Below are positions 38,395 through 48,530 of a DNA stretch of 64,000 nt, one piece after another. The stretch comes from Fimbriimonadia bacterium (GTDB taxonomy: Bacteria > Armatimonadota > Fimbriimonadia > Fimbriimonadales > JABRVX01): positions 1 to 64,000 of the forward strand of contig JBGPGO010000011.1 in assembly GCA_041483895.1 (NCBI GenBank). The letters are read 5' to 3'. The notes beneath the pieces are model-generated. The model did not search any database. It worked only from the letters and a program-made list of their open reading frames with translations, and had not been told where the DNA came from. Position numbers and translations under genes: made by a program. How positions within the stretch are numbered: position 1 is the stretch's first letter; every line of letters begins with the position of its first letter.

Positions 38395-41300
38395 TTATCC
38401 CTTCGTTATCGTTTCGTCCATGTTGAGGAGGACGTTGGCGACGATGATGAGGGCGGCGAGGGAGGGATCGTCGCCCATTTCGCGCGCGTCTTTGATCACC
38501 GCGGTGGCAGCAGCCGGGTCCGCGCGGTATTGCGTGAGCGAAATGGTGAATAGTTTCATTAGCGCCGACAATTCTTGCTTTGTCGGGCGGCGGGATGTGC
38601 ATGCGCGGAAGCCGTACTCGATCCCCAATGGCGGATTCCAATTCGTAGTGTCGCCGCCGTGCTTTAGCATCTCCATCGCAAGCCCGCCGGCGCATTCGAA
38701 GAACAGCGGGTCGTTGAGAGTGCTGAGCGCCTGCAGCGGGGTGTTGGTGCGCGTGCGTTTGGCGCTGCACGTGTCGCGGCTGTTGGTGTCGAAGGTCAGC
38801 GCGGTGGGGAACGGGGCGGTCCTTCGCCAATAGGTATAGAGGCCGCGGCGGTATCGGTTCGGCCCTTCCTCGTCCTTCCACCGCTCTTTGGTGTCGTAGA
38901 AGCTGAAGCTGTCTTCCCAGATGCCCGGCGGCTGCGGGGGCATGACGCTGGGTCCGCCGATTGCGGGGTTGAGGCGGCCGCTGGCGGTCAGCGCGATGTC
39001 GCGCACCATCTCCGATTCCGCCCGGAACCTCGGGCCGCGGGCGTAGAGTGTGTTGTAAGGGTCTTTCTCCAGCAGTGATGAAGAACCCCCACCCAACCCT
39101 CCCCCTTTTTCCGGTTTCTGGCTGGCAGTGGATATCGGAGGTCGGGAAAAAGAGGGAGGGCTTTTCTTTGCGGATGGACCCCCACCCCGACCCTCCCCCT
39201 TACTCGTTCCTCGCAAGAGGGAGGGGGGCAAAGCACTTGATTGCCGATAGGTGGCGGATAGGACGATCAGTTTCTGCATCGCCTTGACATCCCAGCCGAC
39301 CCGCACGAACTCCGTCGCCAGCCAATCGAGAAGCTCGGGGTGAGTGGGGCGTTCGCCCTGGGAGCCGAAGTCCTCCATGGTGGAGACCAGGCCGCGCCCG
39401 AAGAACTGCTCCCACAGGCGGTTGACGGCCACGCGGGCGGTCAGCGGGTTCTTGCCATCCACCAGCCAGCGCGCCAGTCCCAGGCGGTTGGGCGGACCGT
39501 CAAAGTTCCCAAAAACCTCGGGGGTGGCGGGAGTGACCAGGTCGGCGGGTGTGCGGAAGTCCCCGCGCGTCAGCAGGTGAGTTTCGCGCGGTTTTTCCTG
39601 CTCTTTCATCACCATGACCGTGGGCGACATGTTGTTGATTTCGTCCTGGCGTCCCCTGATGGCGGCGATGCGCGTTTGGATTTCCTGGAACGGCGCGGCA
39701 TGCTGCAGGTAATAGTCCTCCAGCTTTTTCGCCTGTTCTTTCGTCCGGTCTTTGGCGTCAAGGATTTGAGAGATTTCCGCGGTCGGCGGCGTTTCGCTCG
39801 CGAGCTCTGAGTCTGGGGTGACCGAGAGGCGGAAGCGACCGATGTTGTGGTGGGCGAATCGTTTGCTGGGATGGAGCGTAATGACTAATGTATCGCCTTC
39901 ATGCGGGTGGATCGGCATGGCGAGGCGCAGGACGGCTGCGTGGTCCACGCGGTTTTCCGGCTCGAACCCCGCGATGGCCCAGCCGAGACCGTCGCCATTG
40001 ATCAGGTCCCGTGCCTTGTGCCCGCCTTGCGCAAAGTCCACGTGCGCATCGGCGAGGGGGATGTCTGTGATGTTGCCGAGGAAGTCGCGCATCTGCACCT
40101 GAACCCGCGCCACCACGAAGTTGCCGTTGACGTTGCGCCCGCTGCTGCCGAAGGGGAGCGATGGATGAGTGAGCGCCTCGAGCCGCAACCCAACAAACGG
40201 AGCGCGCGGATGCAGCTCCACGGTGTATGTGTCCGCCTCCGGGTCCTCTCCGCCGGCCACCACGGAGCCGTCTCCCAAGATCGTCGTCGTCGCGCCGGCC
40301 CGCACGCTTGTTGGCATCGCAACTTGCCATCCCTTTGATTGACGCTGCTCCCAAACCGCCTGGTCTCGCGGCACCGAGTCCAACTCTTTCACCGCGCGGG
40401 CCATGGATTCCGTCAGCCGTCCCATTTCGGATTTCTGTCCATCGTTCAGCACGCGCAGGATGGGGTCGGGGTCCCGGCCGTTGTCTTCGCTGGTGTTGAA
40501 GAAAGCATAAAACTTGTAGTAGTCGGTCTGCGGGAAGGGATCGTATTTGTGGCTATGGCACTGGCAGCAGGCGAGGGTGGTGCCCATCCAAGTGGTTGCG
40601 GTGGTGTTCACCCGATCCATCACGGCCACCACGCGGAACTCTTCCGGGTCGATGCCGCCCTCGTCGTTGAGCAGGCTATTCCGGTGGAAGGCGCTGGCGA
40701 TTCTCTGCTGATCCGTCGGGTTGGGAAGCAGGTCTCCGGCGAGCTGCGCGATGGTGAACTCATCGTAGAGCATGTTCTGGTTGAAGGCGTTGATGAGCCA
40801 GTCGCGATACAGGTACATCTGTCGCGGCAGGTCTTTCTCATAGCCGTTGGTGTCCGCGTAGCGTGCCAGGTCCAGCCAGATTCGGGCCATGCGCTCGCCG
40901 TAATGCGGGGACGCAAGCAGCCGGTCCACCAGTTTTTCGTAGGCATTCGGGCTCTTGTCGGCGAGGTAGTCGTCCACCTCTTCGACGGTCGGCGGGAGGC
41001 CGGTTAGGTCCAGGGAAAGGCGGCGGATGAGGGTCTCTTTGGTGGCTTCTTTCTGGGGCGTCAGTCCTTCTTTCTCCAGCCGAGCGAGGATGAAGCGGTC
41101 GATCGGGATGCGGGGCCATACGGAGAGCCCGCCCCTTTTTTCAGGCGTCAGCCTGGAAAAGGGGGAGGGTTGGGAGGGGGTTTTCTTCATCATGGCAAGG
41201 AGCTGGGCATCCGTCGGCGGCGCCGGCCGTTTAGGCGGAATGTAGGCCCAGTGCTTTCCCGCCGCGCCACCGAATGCCGCGCCTTCATCGATCCATCGCT

Positions 41301-41607
41301 TGATGAGCGCGATTTGGTCGTCCGGCAGCGGGTTGAATCCCATTGGCATGCGCGGCTTATCGTCAAGACCGCGCAGGCGCCTGACCAACAGGCTGCGGTC
41401 GCCCTCCCCGGGGATGATCAGCGCGCCGCTCTGACCGCCCTTGCGTATTCCCTCGGTCGCGTCCAACCGCATGCCCGCCGACTGCAACCCTGCCCCGTGG
41501 CATTGGGCGCAGTGGGCCTTCAGGACCGGCAGGATGTCCTTGGCAAAGTCGACCTTGGGTTTTTGGGCGGATCCGCTCAGCAGCGCAAAAACAGAAAGTG
41601 CGCCCAT
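38395..41607 (-). CDS. PSD1/DUF1549/DUF1553 planctomycete cytochrome c domain protein, with in-frame repeat insertions
   Basis: [48 protein letters not shown]; true start may be ACG at 41634. Confidence 0.93.
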   Translation of the reverse strand: MGALSVFALLSGSAQKPKVDFAKDILPVLKAHCAQCHGAGLQSAGMRLDATEGIRKGGQSGALIIPGEGDRSLLVRRLRGLDDKPRMPMGFNPLPDDQIALIKRWIDEGAAFGGAAGKHWAYIPPKRPAPPTDAQLLAMMKKTPSQPSPFSRLTPEKRGGLSVWPRIPIDRFILARLEKEGLTPQKEATKETLIRRLSLDLTGLPPTVEEVDDYLADKSPNAYEKLVDRLLASPHYGERMARIWLDLARYADTNGYEKDLPRQMYLYRDWLINAFNQNMLYDEFTIAQLAGDLLPNPTDQQRIASAFHRNSLLNDEGGIDPEEFRVVAVMDRVNTTATTWMGTTLACCQCHSHKYDPFPQTDYYKFYAFFNTSEDNGRDPDPILRVLNDGQKSEMGRLTESMARAVKELDSVPRDQAVWEQRQSKGWQVAMPTSVRAGATTTILGDGSVVAGGEDPEADTYTVELHPRAPFVGLRLEALTHPSLPFGSSGRNVNGNFVVARVQVQMRDFLGNITDIPLADAHVDFAQGGHKARDLINGDGLGWAIAGFEPENRVDHAAVLRLAMPIHPHEGDTLVITLHPSKRFAHHNIGRFRLSVTPDSELASETPPTAEISQILDAKDRTKEQAKKLEDYYLQHAAPFQEIQTRIAAIRGRQDEINNMSPTVMVMKEQEKPRETHLLTRGDFRTPADLVTPATPEVFGNFDGPPNRLGLARWLVDGKNPLTARVAVNRLWEQFFGRGLVSTMEDFGSQGERPTHPELLDWLATEFVRVGWDVKAMQKLIVLSATYRQSSALPPSLLRGTSKGEGRGGGPSAKKSPPSFSRPPISTASQKPEKGGGLGGGSSSLLEKDPYNTLYARGPRFRAESEMVRDIALTASGRLNPAIGGPSVMPPQPPGIWEDSFSFYDTKERWKDEEGPNRYRRGLYTYWRRTAPFPTALTFDTNSRDTCSAKRTRTNTPLQALSTLNDPLFFECAGGLAMEMLKHGGDTTNWNPPLGIEYGFRACTSRRPTKQELSALMKLFTISLTQYRADPAAATAVIKDAREMGDDPSLAALIIVANVLLNMDETITKG
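39078..39229. repeat. Two palindromic elements inserted in frame in the DUF1553 gene
   Basis: Same GAAGAACCCCCACCCAACCCTCCCCCTTTT motif as the intergenic copies. Confidence 0.88.
41121..41192. repeat. Palindromic element inserted in frame in the DUF1553 gene
   Basis: Reverse complement closely matches 38323-38392. Confidence 0.88.
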
Positions 41608-41730
41608 GCCCCCGATGAAATGAGACTTCTTCGTGTCTTGTCACCTCTCTGGAGATTAGGCCAATGATAACCCCCATTCGCTAAAATGTCTACGTGCGCA
41701 AGCTCAAATGACTGTAGAAGTTCGCCAGTC

Positions 41731-41970
41731 CTAGTTGCTGTCGCGTTCAAAGTTCAATAGGACAAGATTGAAGTCATATAAATCCGTGATGCCGTCCCAA
41801 TTAACATCGCTATCTCTAAATCCATGTACGACGTTAAAACCCGAAATAATCGTGGGATCACAAGAGAAAACCGGCCCAGAGTCTATATGTGGACATTCAG
41901 CAGGCGTCTCTGCCATTTTCTCCTGGATTTGAACCGCACAAATAGTGTATCCTATCGGATAGGTTCGCAT
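41731..41970 (-). CDS. Small protein or remnant ending in a single dockerin-like loop
   Basis: DSDVNWDGITDLYDFNLVLLNF; AT-rich. Confidence 0.5.
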   Translation of the reverse strand: MRTYPIGYTICAVQIQEKMAETPAECPHIDSGPVFSCDPTIISGFNVVHGFRDSDVNWDGITDLYDFNLVLLNFERDSN

Positions 41971-42087
41971 TGTGGAATAGTCATTCCCAGGCGGCCAACA
42001 AACGATCCCGGTGGGATCTACGCTTTCGCTCTCGATGATATCCCTTTTGGCGGTCCTGAATCAGCCAATTCCTCAAGGAGGAGACCG

Positions 42088-42231
42088 ATGGGTAAGAAGA
42101 CAAAACCGAACTTTCGAAACTCGGCAGGTAGCGCAAAAAGCACACCTGAGGTTGCAAAGAAGCCACTGCAGAAGCCAGGTAAGTTGCAGCGGCCCGTCGG
42201 GAATCCGCGGGCCCAGCGCGGTAACAAGTAG
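42088..42231 (+). CDS. Small Lys/Arg-rich protein (47 aa)
   Basis: Strong AAGGAGGAG RBS; MGKKTKPNFRNSAG...PRAQRGNK. Confidence 0.65.
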   Translation: MGKKTKPNFRNSAGSAKSTPEVAKKPLQKPGKLQRPVGNPRAQRGNK

Positions 42232-42285
42232 ATATTCACTGTTGCCCGCAATGTTTCCGCCAGTCCCGGCTCCGAAAGAATTATT

Positions 42286-42349
42286 GAAGACCGCCACCCA
42301 ACCCTCCCCCTTTTTCAAGGCTAACGCCTGAAAAAAGGGGAGGGCTTTT
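42286..42349. repeat. CCCTCCCC/GGGGAGGG palindromic element
   Basis: CCACCCAACCCTCCCCC...AGGCTAACGCCTGAAAAAAGGGGAGGG. Confidence 0.85.
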
Positions 42350-42669
42350 CAGAGTTCAATCGGCTCAAAGCCGGGGAACATTTCGTGGCTTTCGGGGATT
42401 TGGTCGAGCGTGATATAGTCGCAGGCCGCTTCATAGCGCTTCCACAGTTTTATCACCTCCGGGTTGGTGTGCGCCGCGTTGATGGCCTCCTGCGATTTCC
42501 ACTCGAACACCTCGATCACCGTCCCGTCTTTCGCAAGCATCGCGTGGCAGGGGCGATCCGTGATGAGGCCCTGCGCGCGTAGGACCGGCATGTGATCGCG
42601 CGTGAGCCGCAGCAGGTCCGCCTCCTTGCCCGGTTTCGGGCGGAAAGCAGTGATTACGAATATTCCCAT
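42349..42669 (-). CDS. Dimeric alpha-beta barrel (ABM-like) protein
   Basis: FRPKPGKE...IEVFEWKSQEAINAAH..PEV. Confidence 0.75.
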   Translation of the reverse strand: MGIFVITAFRPKPGKEADLLRLTRDHMPVLRAQGLITDRPCHAMLAKDGTVIEVFEWKSQEAINAAHTNPEVIKLWKRYEAACDYITLDQIPESHEMFPGFEPIEL

Positions 42670-42691
42670 TTCACTTCTCCATAGGTTTCAA

Positions 42692-42897
42692 ACGTGGGTC
42701 GTGGTGGTTGGCAGACGAAACGGGATTGCCGATCCGATCCACGGCTACCGGCCAGTCATACGTGGGTCTTGGTGATTGGCAGGCGAAAGGGGATTGCCAA
42801 CCCGACCCACGGCTACGGGCCACCTCTGTTCAAACGTGGGTATTGGTGGTTGGCAGGCGAAACGGGATTGCCAACCCGACCCACGGCTACGGGCCAC
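42692..42897. repeat. Three tandem GTAG-type REP-like hairpins (about 57 bp; periods 68 and 74)
   Basis: ACGTGGGT..TTGGCAG.CGAAA.GGGATTGCC..CCCACGGCTAC at 42692, 42760 and 42834. Confidence 0.88.
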
Positions 42898-44344
42898 CAC
42901 CATTTGTTGCAGGTGGAGTATCTCGCGGCATCATATTCGGCTGGCACGCGGTGATATACACTGCTACCGCCTCATTCGTCGAACACTGCACCATATACTC
43001 CGGTTTGATCTGCTCATAGTTGTCATATTGCGTGTGATGGATGTAGTTATAGTCCATCGGTCCAGACTTGTCCCAGAAGAATGCCGGCACTCCCACCGCA
43101 TTGAACGACATATGATCGCTTCCGCCGCCGCGTGGAATGCGTTGCACTGTTCGTATCTTCATCTGACAGTCCGGAAACGCGGCGTTCGTGGTATCGATGA
43201 TCGGCTGAATATATGGCACCATGGCTTCGAGCGCGTAGGTTCCGCTTTCGTAGTTCGCGCCGTTGTCTTCGATGAACACTGCCGATATCTTCGGCCACTC
43301 ATCCTTGTGCTTCTCTACATAAGCGCGCGATCCAAAAAGGCCCTGTTCCTCCGCCGTGAACAACACAAATCGGATGGTGCGTTTCGGTTTCGCTCCGACC
43401 TTGCCAAGAATGCGAGCCGCCTCAATGGCGCACATCGATCCGGTGCCATTATCCTGCGACCCCTCACTGCCGGGTCCGTCCCAACTGTCCAGATGTCCGC
43501 CGACAATGACGACCTCATCCGGCTTTTCCGTCCCCGGAATCTCCGCGACGACGTTGAACAGCTTGCGCGGTCCCTTGATCCACTTTTGATTCACGTCAAA
43601 TTCCAAGACGACCGGCTTATTCGCATCCATGTCCGCGACAATCTTAGCCATGTCGGATTTTCGGACGGTGATGTTCACGTCGGTTGGGTGCTGCTCGAAG
43701 GTCTTGTCGCGGTAGTTTCCGGACGTGATCACCAAGTCGCCACCGGCCGGGCTGACGGAACCGAGGATGCCGGCGCCATTGATCGCCTCCCGCAAATCTT
43801 GCGCGGCTTTTTGCTCCGGTGTTAGCTCCGGCGGCGGATCGCCTGGTCGCTGGCGACGCGGTCCCCCTCGGAAGCCCCCAGTCTTGTAGATCAGCCAGGC
43901 GCCCTTGAGTTTGTCCTTCATGGCAATGAACTGCTCCATGTTGTCGGGCGCATAGATGGCGGGGCCCTTCTTCTTGCCGTGCGTGCCTTCGCTCCAGGAC
44001 TGCGTAGTGAACTCGAAATTGACCTTCTCGGGCGACACCATTTTTCCGGAGCTCTTGCCGCGCTGGAAGCCGACGGGCCATTCGCCCCATTCCTCCAAAT
44101 GCACGTTCTGGCATCCCACCTCTTTGAACTTCTTGACGGTCCATGCGTAGGCTTTATCGAGATTCTCGGAGGTCGAGAGCCGAGCGCCGATCTTTTTGCT
44201 GAGGTATTTGAGGTGCTCCATCACCTTGTTGTGATTCTTCCCCTCGTCGACGATTTTGGCTACGGTGGTGGGATCAGCCTGCGCGCCGACCGCGACCGCG
44301 GAACTGATAAATAAAGCTAGGGTGAAAATACGAAGATGTTTCAT
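42887..44344 (-). CDS. M28 family metallopeptidase (carboxypeptidase Q-like), secreted
   Basis: GGHLDSW, DNGTG, AEEQGLFGS, GGSDH, HHT. Confidence 0.92.
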   Translation of the reverse strand: MKHLRIFTLALFISSAVAVGAQADPTTVAKIVDEGKNHNKVMEHLKYLSKKIGARLSTSENLDKAYAWTVKKFKEVGCQNVHLEEWGEWPVGFQRGKSSGKMVSPEKVNFEFTTQSWSEGTHGKKKGPAIYAPDNMEQFIAMKDKLKGAWLIYKTGGFRGGPRRQRPGDPPPELTPEQKAAQDLREAINGAGILGSVSPAGGDLVITSGNYRDKTFEQHPTDVNITVRKSDMAKIVADMDANKPVVLEFDVNQKWIKGPRKLFNVVAEIPGTEKPDEVVIVGGHLDSWDGPGSEGSQDNGTGSMCAIEAARILGKVGAKPKRTIRFVLFTAEEQGLFGSRAYVEKHKDEWPKISAVFIEDNGANYESGTYALEAMVPYIQPIIDTTNAAFPDCQMKIRTVQRIPRGGGSDHMSFNAVGVPAFFWDKSGPMDYNYIHHTQYDNYEQIKPEYMVQCSTNEAVAVYITACQPNMMPRDTPPATNGGGP

Positions 44345-44389
44345 AGAATTCTTAGCTTAGCAGATGAAGCGCTTGGACTACAATTGCCC

Positions 44390-45235
44390 ATGCCGCAAAA
44401 TGATGCGCCCAGCAACACCGCGATGGCCGTCCTGCTGGGTGTTTGGCTGACCGCCTGCGATCCCAAGACGCGGGGCCTGGTTTCGCCGGAGGTGCGCGAC
44501 TACACAGACCGCGCCTTGGCCGCGCTGGGAAGTCCCTATCGTTTCTTGTTGAAACTAGGCATCGTGCGGTGGGTGGCTCGGCGAAAAGAGGCGGGTCTGT
44601 TGGCAGGCGTCTGCAGCCATTACGCGGTGCGAAAGCAGGAGATTCATGGGTTGGTCGAGCACGTGGCTCCGCAGCGGTTAGTTGTTGTTGGCGCGGGATT
44701 CGATGGTCTGGCGTATCGTTTTGCGGATCGGATGGAGACCATCGAATATGACCACCCCGCGACGCAGGAGAGGAAGCGACAGATATTGGCGGCATTGCCG
44801 CATCGGCCTGTGGGGCTGCGGCCGGCCGATCTGAGCGACGAGAGCTTCCGATTCCACCTTTCCCGCAATGGGCGGACGCTGTTCGTGCTGGAGGGAGTGA
44901 CGATGTACTTGCAGGAGGCCCGCATACGAAATCTGTTGCATAAGATTGCCGGTATCGGGGAGTTGATCTTTACTTTTATGACACTGGATGAGCGGGGTAG
45001 GCCGACTTTTGGCGCGACACAGAACCAGATCGATCGATACCTGGCAAGAGTTGGCGAACCGTTTCTTTGGGGAATCTCACCGGAAAACCTGGAAGGCTTT
45101 TTGGATCGCGAAGGATGGCAGCTGCGGCAGGTGATTGGCGCTCCGAATCCGCGAATGCCCTTTTTGCGGCCGGCTGAAGCCATGATCGCCGGCGAGTGGA
45201 TCGCTTATGCTACGCCGAAAAGTGATTTGAGATGA
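44390..45235 (+). CDS. SAM-dependent methyltransferase (LCM/ML2640-like)
   Basis: VVVGAGFD, EYDHPATQERK, LEGVTMYL. Confidence 0.85.
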   Translation: MPQNDAPSNTAMAVLLGVWLTACDPKTRGLVSPEVRDYTDRALAALGSPYRFLLKLGIVRWVARRKEAGLLAGVCSHYAVRKQEIHGLVEHVAPQRLVVVGAGFDGLAYRFADRMETIEYDHPATQERKRQILAALPHRPVGLRPADLSDESFRFHLSRNGRTLFVLEGVTMYLQEARIRNLLHKIAGIGELIFTFMTLDERGRPTFGATQNQIDRYLARVGEPFLWGISPENLEGFLDREGWQLRQVIGAPNPRMPFLRPAEAMIAGEWIAYATPKSDLR

Positions 45236-46617
45236 AGATACCAATCGCTGCATAGTATCTCGTTTGGATCCCGCTTACGTTTCTCGCATAGAATCTGCTC
45301 CATCATTGGATAGGACCGTTCGATCTGCTCCCTGGTGGCCCATCGATGATAAGTGAGGTAGAAGGTGCCCCCAAATCCCTGCGCCAAATCGATCAGCGTG
45401 CGAAACTGTGTCTTGGCACGTTCGAGTCCAGGCGGGTCGTGATCGACGTGAAGGTTGAAGATTACGCAGGCCCAATTTTGGGTTGCCCAAGGAAGGAACG
45501 TCTCCTTCTCCCTTTCGACCAGGCGGATGGTGCCATATATCACTTTCGCAGCGTTTTGACGCATTTCCGATCGGCAAAGATCGAGAAAGGTGGTGAGCGA
45601 TTCTCGCGGGACGTATAGCTCCGTTATCATCTCCGATCCGGGACAATGAGCGCGGGTCCGGCGGTCCATCTTTCGGTGGTAATCGTCCAGATAGGGCGTC
45701 ATTTGGTGCAGATCGGACCAGTAGATCTGGCCATCAGTGCTTTTGTAGAAGTCCGCATAGAGTCGGAACGCCTCGGATGGATTGGCGTGGGCGAGATAGA
45801 CAAGATGGTGCCATGCCCGGCGCGGAACCTCCTTCTGATTGGCGCTGATGGCTGTGGTGTCCGGCACCGGTTCGTAGCAGGCGAAGACACCGGATCGCAG
45901 GAAGTCATCCGATTCCGGGTCGATTGCGAACTGAAAATCCCCAAACTCATATCCCTCACGGATTCGGTCATCAAACGCCTCAATAAGACCATCCACTGAT
46001 CGCACCTCTACTCGCCGGCGGAGTTTGTGCCGCCGAACCAGGCGAAGCTCGGCCCCAGTGATCACGCCGAAGAGACCGTATCCGCCGATGACGAACGGAA
46101 ACAGATCCGCGTTTTCTTCCCGGCTGATTCGCAGCAGTTTCCCTTCCGGCGTGATGAGGTGAAGGGCCTCGATATCTTCCACCATAGGCCGCATCGTCAA
46201 ACCCCGACTATGGATGTTCGAGGAGATGCTGCCGCCAAGCGATAGCCGATCGCCGCCTGTTTGCTTTTGGCGAAATGTCCATCCAAAGTCATCGCCGCTT
46301 TGCGCCTTGCGCAGCTCCCGGTACAGTTCCGGCCAAAGGATTCCCGCCTCCACCATCGCAATGCCACGATCACGATCGAGCGACAGGAGCCTTTTGAGCC
46401 CGCGCATATCGAGCAGGATGCCGTTGGATAGGAACGCTTGCCCTCCCATGCTGTGCCGACCACCGCTGACCGATAGCGGCTCTCCTTGCTTCACGATCGC
46501 CGCCACATGCTCTGGGCTCTTAGCGCGAACGACGCGACGAACCTTTGCCGCGTTGAGGGCGGAGTGAATGTCATTAACCCAGACCGGAAAGGGAAGCCTC
46601 TCGCGCCAAGAGCTCAT
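45205..46617 (-). CDS. FAD-binding oxidoreductase (FAD_binding_4)
   Basis: GGRHSMGGQ, LSLGGSISSNIH, IGGYGLFG, GGTFYLTYH. Confidence 0.9.
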   Translation of the reverse strand: MSSWRERLPFPVWVNDIHSALNAAKVRRVVRAKSPEHVAAIVKQGEPLSVSGGRHSMGGQAFLSNGILLDMRGLKRLLSLDRDRGIAMVEAGILWPELYRELRKAQSGDDFGWTFRQKQTGGDRLSLGGSISSNIHSRGLTMRPMVEDIEALHLITPEGKLLRISREENADLFPFVIGGYGLFGVITGAELRLVRRHKLRRRVEVRSVDGLIEAFDDRIREGYEFGDFQFAIDPESDDFLRSGVFACYEPVPDTTAISANQKEVPRRAWHHLVYLAHANPSEAFRLYADFYKSTDGQIYWSDLHQMTPYLDDYHRKMDRRTRAHCPGSEMITELYVPRESLTTFLDLCRSEMRQNAAKVIYGTIRLVEREKETFLPWATQNWACVIFNLHVDHDPPGLERAKTQFRTLIDLAQGFGGTFYLTYHRWATREQIERSYPMMEQILCEKRKRDPNEILCSDWYLHLKSLFGVA

Positions 46618-46639
46618 ATCTTCTTAGTATGGCCTTGGT

Positions 46640-47356
46640 TCACTTTTTGTGTGGTTGTTCTTCTGTGAAAACATCCTTCACCAGATAGCCCAAGTTCGTA
46701 TAGAAGTTGCCGCCCAAAGGGCGAACGGCTTGGAATTGCAGGTCCGGGCCGCCGACGTAGGGCCGGAATATCCACGCCATTTGGGTCCCCACGAACGCAT
46801 ACACGATGAGCCATGCGCGCAGAATCGCGAGACTCGAACTCGGCTGATGGTCGGGATTCGCAAGTGCCGCAATGTGCCGAACACCGGAAGCAAGATATGA
46901 CACTCCATACAGCCCGGAAATCGCGAACGCGGCCACATGGAGCAGCATGATGAAGCTGTAGTCGCGGCTGCTGATCATAAAGAATATGACGATAGGGGCC
47001 GTCGCTGCCAGCATCACGGACGAAACTGTGAGCGCCCCGAGCCAAAGCATCACCATCGGGCCGAATGCCAGGCGCGTCCCGAGCAGCACGTTGGAAACGT
47101 AGAGCGCGGGAAGGCAGACGATGAGCGTGGCGATGAAGAGCAATGGTATCTTGATCACGTCCGCCACGGCAAAGCGCCAATAGCCGTCGCCCCACCCCCA
47201 AAACGAACCCATGACCACGCCGTAGAAAGCGGTCAGCAGCAGGTAGATCCACACCAGGTCGCGGGCCAATTGGCCGTAGTCGGATTTTTGGTGTACGTCG
47301 TTGAAAAATGAGCTCTTGTCTCGCAGCAGTTCCTCGATCTTCGTTAGTTGTCGCAT
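46640..47356 (-). CDS. YIP1-like integral membrane protein
   Basis: KIPLLF..TLIVCLPALY, YAFVGTQMAWIFRPYVG. Confidence 0.75.
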   Translation of the reverse strand: MRQLTKIEELLRDKSSFFNDVHQKSDYGQLARDLVWIYLLLTAFYGVVMGSFWGWGDGYWRFAVADVIKIPLLFIATLIVCLPALYVSNVLLGTRLAFGPMVMLWLGALTVSSVMLAATAPIVIFFMISSRDYSFIMLLHVAAFAISGLYGVSYLASGVRHIAALANPDHQPSSSLAILRAWLIVYAFVGTQMAWIFRPYVGGPDLQFQAVRPLGGNFYTNLGYLVKDVFTEEQPHKK

Positions 47357-47484
47357 TGGGTCCCCCTTCGGCGCCACAGGTCATTGTACGCAATCTATGT
47401 CACATTTATCACCGCGCTCGTCAAAAAGAAGGAGTCCGATTGGCAGGACAGGAACTAATGGGAATCACCGTTTGAGGAGTGGTT

Positions 47485-47925
47485 ATGAACTGTACCAATC
47501 ACCCTAGCGTGCCTGCCTTTGGAACGTGCGTCAATTGCAACCGACCGTTTTGTCCCAATTGTCTCGTTGATGTTCAGGGCCAGAGCTATTGCATGAATTG
47601 CCGAAACTTGGCGGTGCGCGGCCCGCAGCAATACGCCCCACCGCCTTACGGCGCGATGCCGCCGATGGAGTGCAATGAAGCCAAGGAAGCGCTTACCTAC
47701 GCCCTCATCGGAATCATTTGCTTGGGAATCATCCTCGAACCGATCGCCATCATCAAGGCGCTCAAGGCGAAAGAGCTAATTCGGATGAATCCGACGTTGG
47801 AAGGAATTGGAAAAGCGAATGCGGCACTGGCGATTGGAATCATCATAATAGCGCTTAATTTGCTGTACTTCGCTGTTTTGATTATGGGTGCGGCATCAGG
47901 AGCGAGCACTGGTCGTTTCCGGTGA
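47485..47925 (+). CDS. B-box-like zinc finger + DUF4190-like membrane protein
   Basis: CTNHP..CVNC..FC..C..YC..C, then two TM helices. Confidence 0.8.
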   Translation: MNCTNHPSVPAFGTCVNCNRPFCPNCLVDVQGQSYCMNCRNLAVRGPQQYAPPPYGAMPPMECNEAKEALTYALIGIICLGIILEPIAIIKALKAKELIRMNPTLEGIGKANAALAIGIIIIALNLLYFAVLIMGAASGASTGRFR

Positions 47926-48530
47926 TTGCGGCTTGTCCTCGGTGTTCCGGGCCATTGGAACATGTATCCGAAGACGACGTGCGATGCCGGATATGCGGCA
48001 TGGTGTTTCGGGTCCTGTTTTCTCGCGCACCTATCGAATCGCCTGCCCCGATTCCGCAACCACATCCCGATCAAATGTGCGCGCAACATCCGCAGGCGCC
48101 CGCCCAATCGATTTGCATATCTTGTGGAGCCCCGATTTGTGCGATTTGTGATTTTCTCACATCCGATGGGCAGCACGTCTGTCCGGGATGCGTGACGAAG
48201 AGCGCGCCGCCGATCGTCGAGAAAGGCACGTCTAAGATGCTGGGATGGTCGTACGTTATGGCCATCATCGGTTCGGTCGGATTTGGCCTTTTGTTTCTTG
48301 TCGCGTATTCCAACATGCCAAAATTGGAAACTGAAGCGCTCAGCATGTTGGTGGGACTCATAACATATTTGCCGACTCTCGCCGGATGCGGTCTGGCGGT
48401 TGGGGCGATGGGGAGAAATCCTGGCCAATTTGCGTCCGCATGGATTGCGTTGGCTTGGAATGCTGGGATTCTTATAATTGCCTTCATGCTGACGATGGCG
48501 GGAGCGCTGATGGAAGGTGGAGCGAAATGA
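47922..48530 (+). CDS. Zinc ribbon/B-box membrane protein
   Basis: CPRC..CRIC, CAQHP..CISC..CAIC..CPGC, 3 TM. Confidence 0.78.
   Translation: MIAACPRCSGPLEHVSEDDVRCRICGMVFRVLFSRAPIESPAPIPQPHPDQMCAQHPQAPAQSICISCGAPICAICDFLTSDGQHVCPGCVTKSAPPIVEKGTSKMLGWSYVMAIIGSVGFGLLFLVAYSNMPKLETEALSMLVGLITYLPTLAGCGLAVGAMGRNPGQFASAWIALAWNAGILIIAFMLTMAGALMEGGAK

Noticed and set aside
42692..42897. Possible CRISPR array
   Set aside because: The units are about 57 bp with only 11-17 bp between them and no unique spacers, and they have a REP-type GTAG hairpin.
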